20,322 nt of DNA from a plasmid. Both the position numbers and the translations under genes were made by a program. Of this stretch, positions 15,895-20,322 are shown piece after piece; position 1 is the first letter of the stretch; every line of letters begins with the position of its first letter. The stretch lies in sequence record NZ_CP096917.1, one strand, 5' to 3'. The notes beneath the pieces are model-generated. The model was not told where the DNA came from. It made no database searches and saw nothing but the letters and a program-made list of their open reading frames with translations.

Positions 15895-16097
15895 AGTGTC
15901 CTTGCTGCGGTGGTGCCGAGCTTGTCCGTGATACCCGCGACATGCCCTATGCTTACAAAGGCGAAACGACCGCTGTTCTGGCTGTAACAGGAGACTTCTG
16001 CCCCGCCTGCGGCGAAGTCATCTTGGATCGGGAGAATGGCGACCGTTACATGCGCGAAATATCGTTCTTCTCGAAGGCTGTGGACGCCAGGCGCTGA
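15891..16097 (+). CDS. Stand-alone YgiT-type (MqsA N-terminal-like) zinc-ribbon protein, 68 aa
   Basis: MKCPCCGG...DFCPACGE matches the CxxC...CxxC YgiT/MqsA zinc-finger domain (MKCPVC...YTFRG...C..C). No HTH domain. GTG start translationally coupled to the upstream ORF. Confidence 0.6.
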   Translation: MKCPCCGGAELVRDTRDMPYAYKGETTAVLAVTGDFCPACGEVILDRENGDRYMREISFFSKAVDARR

Positions 16098-16117
16098 CTT
16101 TCGCGCGCGAAAGTCAG
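16094..16117. repeat. Dispersed palindrome copy 9 (CTGACTTTCGCGCGCGAAAGTCAG, 24-bp perfect)
   Basis: Overlaps the stop codons of both convergent genes (zinc-ribbon ORF and recombinase). Confidence 0.8.
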
Positions 16118-16668
16118 GCTGGCTTGTCCATCAGCCGGGAAATGGTGGACGGGTGGACGTTGAACAACCTGGCCACGTCAGCCGCCGACTTCTCCCCGCT
16201 GGCCACCATCCGGCGCGCTTCCTCTTTTTGTTCCTGGTTGAGCTTGCTACGTCGGCCGCCGATCCGGCCCTTCTGTCTGGCGACATCGAGGCCGGCGCGC
16301 GTCCTCTCCCGAGTCATCGCCCGCTCGAACTCCGCGAAAGCCCCCAGCATCTGCATCATCATCCGCCCGGCCGGTGTCGTTGTGTCGATGGCCTCGGTGA
16401 TGCTGCGAAAGCCAGCCTTCGCCAGCTCGATGCAATCCATGACGTGCAACAGATCCTTGAGTGACCGCGAGAGCCGATCCAGCTTCCAGACCACAAGGAC
16501 ATCGCCGGGCCGCAGTTGCTCTAACGCCCGGTGCAACTCCGGCCGATCCCAGCGCCCGCCAGAAGCCTTTTCCGTGTAAAGGCGTTCACATCCGGCCTGC
16601 CGTAGCGCAGCCTCTTGAATAGCTGTGTCCTGATCATCGGTGGACACACGGGCATAGCCGATCAACAT
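16114..16668 (-). CDS. Serine recombinase, small Gin/Hin-invertase / resolvase type (184 aa)
   Basis: MLIGYARVSTDDQ..., VVWKLDRLSRS, GRIGGRRSKL. C-terminal HTH (AADVARLFNVHPSTISRLM). Confidence 0.88.
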   Translation of the reverse strand: MLIGYARVSTDDQDTAIQEAALRQAGCERLYTEKASGGRWDRPELHRALEQLRPGDVLVVWKLDRLSRSLKDLLHVMDCIELAKAGFRSITEAIDTTTPAGRMMMQMLGAFAEFERAMTRERTRAGLDVARQKGRIGGRRSKLNQEQKEEARRMVASGEKSAADVARLFNVHPSTISRLMDKPA

Positions 16669-16686
16669 CTGTCGTGCCGCCTTCGG

Positions 16687-17094
16687 TCAGTAGCCGTAGG
16701 GGTCGCGGATTTGCCGAATGACCAGGAAGACCACTAGGGCGATCAAGCCGGCTTCAAGTCCGTACTTGAAAGCGTTGCCATTCCACCAGACTTCTTGAGG
16801 AAAGCGAAAGGCCAGCGTGTCGGGGTCGGCCCCGCCGTGCGCGATGCTGTCGAGGACTTTCCACCAGCCAGGCCACAAGGCTGCACCCGTTCCGCTGATG
16901 AGTACCGGGAAGCTGGGCTTGAGGGGTGTCCAGCAGAGTGCGCCGGCAATCAGGGCAACGACGACGCTATAGCCAACCGCGCCGAGGGTGACTTGGAAAT
17001 CCGCTCCGATGGAGCGGGAGAAATTGAAGATGGCGATCAGGGCAATGCCCAGCCCGATCAATAGCGCCGCTACCCGTGGGTCCATGTCTCTCAT
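16687..17094 (-). CDS. Small integral membrane protein (135 aa), co-transcribed upstream of the recombinase
   Basis: 3-4 hydrophobic helices. RBS AAGGAG 5 nt before ATG. 18-bp gap to the recombinase start. Confidence 0.6.
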   Translation of the reverse strand: MRDMDPRVAALLIGLGIALIAIFNFSRSIGADFQVTLGAVGYSVVVALIAGALCWTPLKPSFPVLISGTGAALWPGWWKVLDSIAHGGADPDTLAFRFPQEVWWNGNAFKYGLEAGLIALVVFLVIRQIRDPYGY

Positions 17095-17097
17095 GAG

Positions 17098-17180
17098 TGC
17101 TCCTTTCTGTTGCGAAAACGTATTGCGTTAATTTTATGTTTCGCAACAGGTTTGTGCAATGCTATTTGCAAGGCATTTGG
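17098..17180. promoter_or_regulatory. AT-rich repeat region (TTGCGAAA / TTTCGCAA / TTGTGCAA / TTTGCAA half-sites): promoter and/or recombination (res-like) site of the membrane-protein/recombinase operon
   Basis: Inverted repeat GTTGCGAAA...TTTCGCAAC at 17108-17145, plus further TTGYGCAA copies. Confidence 0.4.
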
Positions 17181-17248
17181 GGCATCCCTGTCATTTTCTG
17201 AAGGCGACTGCACGGAATATCAGGAGTCGGCTGCACTGCCTGTCGGGA

Positions 17249-17632
17249 CTACTTCTTGCAGGCGCGTTCCATGTGCAGAACGGCGTCAAGCAATGCCATT
17301 GAATCGCAAGCGTCAGAAGCGTAGACCGTGCGCGTCCTTGGGTCATAGGACACCATGACGAACGGCTCTGGTGTGCGTTCGGCACTCCGGGGCGCTTGAC
17401 GCTTGGAGCGGTAGGCTCGGCATACCTCCCTCTTTTCGGCAAGCTGCTGGCCGATCTTCTTCCAGTCGAAGAGATAGTCGGGATACAACCGGCGCATGTC
17501 GCGCTTATCCTGCGGCTCAAGCGTGTAATTGCGAATGCGCATGATGTTGTAATTGCTTCTGCCGACCTTGACCGTGAGGTAGCAAAAGCCTTTTCTGGTC
17601 GTGACGAAGGCGCTGCTTGGCTTGCGGCTCAT
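17249..17632 (-). CDS. Hypothetical protein (127 aa) translationally coupled downstream of resolvase 2
   Basis: ATGA start/stop overlap with the upstream resolvase. No recognisable family. Confidence 0.5.
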   Translation of the reverse strand: MSRKPSSAFVTTRKGFCYLTVKVGRSNYNIMRIRNYTLEPQDKRDMRRLYPDYLFDWKKIGQQLAEKREVCRAYRSKRQAPRSAERTPEPFVMVSYDPRTRTVYASDACDSMALLDAVLHMERACKK

Positions 17633-18201
17633 CGTTGCTCGCTCCCGCTTTGCAGCGCAGCGTATAGAGCCGTCTTGCTCACCTTAAGCCGCGTGGCGGC
17701 CTCGCGGACGTTCAGCCCGTTTGCGATGTGCTCCCGCGCCCGCTGTAGCTTGTCTGCGGTGACGACCGGCTTGCGCCCGCCCTTGCGACCGCGTGCGGCA
17801 GCAGCGGTCAACCCAGCTTTGGTGCGCTCGCGGATCAGGTCGCGCTCAAACTCGGCGAGGGCCGCAAAAATCCCGAAGACCAGCTTGCCGGGGGCCGTGG
17901 TGGTGTCGATAGCTGCGCCTTGTCCCGTTAGCACCTTGAGGCCGACACCGCGTGCGGCCAAGCCTTGCACGGTATTGACCAAGTGAACCATCGAGCGGCC
18001 TAAGCGGTCGAGTTTCCACACGACGAGGGCATCACCTTCGCGCAAATAGGCCAGCGCTGCATCCAGACCTTGCCGCTCTTTTTTCGCGCCGCTGATGATG
18101 TCCTCAAATACCCGCTCGCAGCCCGCCTTGCGCAGCGCGTCTTTCTGTAAATCGACGTGCTGACTCTCCGTCGATACCCGCGCATAGCCGATCAGTGCCA
18201 T
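17629..18201 (-). CDS. Serine recombinase / resolvase (TnpR-like, about 190 aa)
   Basis: MALIGYARVSTESQ, VVWKLDRLGRS, C-terminal HTH (VREAATRLKVSKTALYAAL). Start taken at ATG 18201. The ORF tracker's 18222 is an N-terminal extension. Confidence 0.85.
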   Translation of the reverse strand: MALIGYARVSTESQHVDLQKDALRKAGCERVFEDIISGAKKERQGLDAALAYLREGDALVVWKLDRLGRSMVHLVNTVQGLAARGVGLKVLTGQGAAIDTTTAPGKLVFGIFAALAEFERDLIRERTKAGLTAAAARGRKGGRKPVVTADKLQRAREHIANGLNVREAATRLKVSKTALYAALQSGSEQR

Positions 18202-18204
18202 TGC

Positions 18205-18300
18205 CGCCCCTTTTGTCCGCATTTCCGTCCGCCTATCTTAATGTCCGACAACCCATTAAACAAGCATGTTGCCGGACAATGTCCGGCTTGACCGGCTAAT
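18205..18300. promoter_or_regulatory. res-like site upstream of resolvase 2
   Basis: Repeated TGTCCG / CGGACA elements, including the perfect inverted repeat CCGGACA A TGTCCGG at 18282-18296 and TGTCCGACA at 18242-18250. This is the usual Tn3-family res position, immediately 5' of tnpR. Confidence 0.55.
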
Positions 18301-18416
18301 GATCGTTTTACGGACAGGGCGGCGCATTGGAACAGCGAACCGACTTAAGCCGGAACCCCAGATTTTTCCGGCCAGTGGCTAACGGTCGTGTCGCCGCCAC
18401 CATCTGACGGCTGGCG

Positions 18417-18698
18417 TCAGCCGAAAAGCTCGCTATGCGAGCCAAGCCGCGCCAGTCGCAGAGTGTCGGAATCGGACTTGCGGTAAATCAGCAGCAGGTC
18501 GGGCTTGATGTGGCACTCGCGGTAGCCCGCCCAATCGCCGGAAAGATCATGGTCGCGGTGGCGCGCGTCCAACGGCTGATCGGTCGCCAGCGCGAGCAGC
18601 ACCGGCTTGAGCGCGTCATCGAGCGTGGCACGGTGCTGTCCCTTGGCCTCGCGCTTGAAATCGCGCTTGAACGCGGACGAACGATCAATCGTCCGCAT
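18417..18698 (-). CDS. relE: RelE/YafQ-family toxin
   Basis: 93 aa. Motif ECHIKPDLLLIYRKSDSDTLRLARLGSHSELF is typical of YafQ/RelE. Overlaps the antitoxin gene. Confidence 0.82.
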   Translation of the reverse strand: MRTIDRSSAFKRDFKREAKGQHRATLDDALKPVLLALATDQPLDARHRDHDLSGDWAGYRECHIKPDLLLIYRKSDSDTLRLARLGSHSELFG

Positions 18699-18954
18699 GC
18701 AGGTCTGCCATTAGGTTGTCCACGCTGGCGAACTTCTTGCCCTTGCCCGCTTCCAGTTCGGCAATCGCCTTTTTGGTCGTGGCGTTGGGCACCTTCACGT
18801 CAAAAGGCAAGCGGTGCTCATCGGCGATGCGCAGCATCAACAGGCGGATGGCGTCGGAAATCGACAAGCCCATTGCTTCGAGTGCGCTGGCGGCGCGTTC
18901 CTTGGTGTTGGTGTCGATGCGGGCGCGGACGTAGGTGTCGGCTGTAGTGCTCAT
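18685..18954 (-). CDS. relB: RelB/DinJ-family antitoxin
   Basis: Start ATG 18954 with RBS GGAGA. MSTTADTYVRARIDTNTKERAASALEAMGLSISDAIRLLMLRIA matches the DinJ/RelB fold. Confidence 0.8.
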   Translation of the reverse strand: MSTTADTYVRARIDTNTKERAASALEAMGLSISDAIRLLMLRIADEHRLPFDVKVPNATTKKAIAELEAGKGKKFASVDNLMADLHADD

Positions 18955-19341
18955 GGCAATTCTCCGGGAATGGTTCAAACACCCATATTGTAGTCACAAT
19001 GCGACCACATAACAAGGCCGCATCGTGCAGGGGAGTTCTGAGCAATTCCGGTTCTTCGCGGCGCTTCGTGTATAGGACTGCTGACGCGGCCCGTTCAGAA
19101 GTCGGCTGCACACCGGGCGGCCAGCCCCGTGAACTGGTGCAGTCGTCTTCTGAAAATGACAATCCCCGGAGGCGTTGCATAAACGACCGTTTGCGCACCG
19201 TGCCTGCATGGGCGTTCCCCCGGCCGGATGGCCGGGGTCGGGCTGTCGTGCTGCGCATCGAGCCGCCTGCCGGCGTCTCGCCCCTTCGGGCTTCCATCCC
19301 TAACGTCTCCGCGCCGTTGGCGCTGCGCGCTCCGCTTGCCG

Positions 19342-19363
19342 AGACTTTCGCGCGCGAAAGTCT
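19342..19363. repeat. Dispersed palindrome copy 10 (AGACTTTCGCGCGCGAAAGTCT, 22-bp perfect), 16 bp upstream of the parA -35
   Basis: Lies in the parA promoter region. Confidence 0.8.
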
Positions 19364-19378
19364 AAGACGCCGACATGC

Positions 19379-19406
19379 TTGCATGATTTACGATTTTCTG
19401 TAAAAT
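19379..19406 (+). promoter_or_regulatory. parA promoter (TTGCAT-N16-TAAAAT)
   Basis: -35 at 19379-19384 and -10 at 19401-19406, preceded by TG. RBS AAGGA. ATG at 19439. Confidence 0.5.
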
Positions 19407-19438
19407 TACAAACACGCTAAAGCGGAAAGGATGAAAAC

Positions 19439-20068
19439 ATGATCGTCGGAATTTTGAATCAGAAGGGCGGAGTCGGTAAGACCACTCTCAGCGTGAGCCT
19501 AGCGGCCAGCCTGGCACGCACCGGGGCGCGTGTGTTGCTGATCGATGCCGATCCACAGGGCAGCGCGTTAGATTGGGCGGCCGCCCGCGAAGGGGAACCC
19601 CTCTTCTCCGTGGTTGGGTTGCCCAGGGCAACCGTGCATAAAGAAATTGGCCAGATCGGCCAAGGTTACGACCACATCATCATCGACGGCCCCCCGCGAG
19701 TCACCGACTTGGCGCGGTCGGCCATCATGGCCGCTGATGTCGTGTTGATTCCAGTGCAGCCATCTCCTTACGACATTTGGGCGGCTGAGGAGGTGGTGAA
19801 GTTGATTGATGAGGCGCGAGTCTACAAAGAAAACCTGAAAGCCGCTTTTGTGGTTAATCGTAAAATCGCAAATACAGCTATTGGGCGCGATGTTGGGGAG
19901 GCGCTGGCCGCTTATCCGGTGCCTGTGTTGGTGGCCAGTATTACTCAGCGAGTGGTTTTCGCGGAAGCTGCGGCCCGAGGGCTAGCCGTACATGAGATTG
20001 ACGACCAAGGGCCAGCAGCGGCCGAGATCGAGGCCGTGACGGCCGAACTGATGGAGTTAGCACGATGA
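19439..20068 (+). CDS. parA: Small ParA/ParF-type partition ATPase (type Ib)
   Basis: 209 aa. Deviant Walker [18 protein letters not shown]. No N-terminal HTH. Confidence 0.9.
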   Translation: MIVGILNQKGGVGKTTLSVSLAASLARTGARVLLIDADPQGSALDWAAAREGEPLFSVVGLPRATVHKEIGQIGQGYDHIIIDGPPRVTDLARSAIMAADVVLIPVQPSPYDIWAAEEVVKLIDEARVYKENLKAAFVVNRKIANTAIGRDVGEALAAYPVPVLVASITQRVVFAEAAARGLAVHEIDDQGPAAAEIEAVTAELMELAR

Positions 20069-20301
20069 GCACAAAGAAGGTTTCGATTGGCACCAAACCG
20101 ACCAGTAAGCCCGCGCCGGCCGCCGCCGATGCGTGGGTGGAGAGCCGAAGCAATAGCGACGAGCCAGAGGCCATGAAGCGGCTTACCATCGACGTGCCGG
20201 CCAGTCTCCACCGCGCCATCAAGGCGCAATGCGCCATGCGTGGCACCAAGATCGCAGATGAAGTGCGGGAATTGCTTTTACAGAAATACGGAAACACATA
20301 A
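20065..20301 (+). CDS. ParG-like RHH centromere-binding protein (type Ib ParB)
   Basis: 78 aa. Basic flexible N-terminus. C-terminal RHH ([36 protein letters not shown]). Overlaps the parA stop (ATGA). Confidence 0.75.
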   Translation: MSTKKVSIGTKPTSKPAPAAADAWVESRSNSDEPEAMKRLTIDVPASLHRAIKAQCAMRGTKIADEVRELLLQKYGNT

Positions 20302-20322
20302 AAACGTGTAGGCGTTTTTCAG

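Noticed and set aside
16094-16117. Copy 9 of the palindrome as an intrinsic terminator for the convergent genes
   Set aside because: No U-run on either side. It is more likely a protein-binding site, unlike copy 1, which does have a T-run.
16124-16579. 151-aa plus-strand ORF inside the Gin-like recombinase gene (also 16036-16464 and 16795-17064)
   Set aside because: Antisense to clear serine-recombinase and membrane-protein genes.
17396-17986. 196-aa plus-strand ORF spanning orf127 and resolvase 2
   Set aside because: Antisense to the resolvase, which has canonical catalytic motifs. Ala/Arg-rich artefact.
18435-19403. Plus-strand ORFs (170, 72 and 134 aa) and minus-strand ORF 18818-19384 (188 aa) over relBE and the relB-parA spacer
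   Set aside because: Overlap the well-supported relBE genes, or lie in a GC-rich hairpin-dense intergenic region without RBSs.

Overview
This window is a segment of a high-GC, broad-host-range-type plasmid, probably from a betaproteobacterium. It contains the following, in order:

- **Replicon:** a TrfA-family initiator gene, followed by an iteron-type oriV with 17-bp iterons (CACTATTGACCTTTGAC), an inverted half-iteron palindrome, an AT-rich segment, a perfect DnaA box, and a long GC-rich tract.
- **KfrA-like gene:** encodes an alanine-rich coiled-coil DNA-binding protein, with its own sigma70 promoter and inverted repeats.
- **higBA toxin-antitoxin pair.**
- **Putative oriT** with several inverted repeats.
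- **R388-like MOBF DNA-transfer operon:** a TrwA-like ribbon-helix-helix accessory protein, a TrwB/TraD-type coupling protein and a TrwC-type relaxase-helicase.
- **Five uncharacterised exported-protein genes** in a tight operon directly behind the relaxase. The first is a Sel1-repeat protein.
- **EamA/DMT transporter gene.**
- **Three small regulator-like genes:** a ribbon-helix-helix gene flanked by 18-bp inverted repeats, an antidote-like 137-aa ORF, and a stand-alone YgiT/MqsA-type zinc-ribbon ORF.
- **Two serine-recombinase modules:** one Gin/Hin-like with a small membrane protein, and one TnpR-like with a res-like site and a coupled 127-aa ORF.
- **relBE (dinJ/yafQ-type) toxin-antitoxin pair.**
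- **Type Ib partition locus:** a small ParA followed by a ParG-like ribbon-helix-helix protein.

The most striking sequence-level signal is a family of at least 10 near-identical 16-24 bp perfect palindromes (consensus GACTTTCGC-NN-GCGAAAGTC). They occur mostly in pairs, at promoters, between convergent genes and even inside trwC. This looks like the operator network of a KorB/ParB-like global regulator encoded outside this window.

The exported-protein operon and the small regulator cluster with the inverted-repeat-flanked gene are the best candidates for undescribed systems. All functional assignments come from motif and family recognition by eye. No database search was run.
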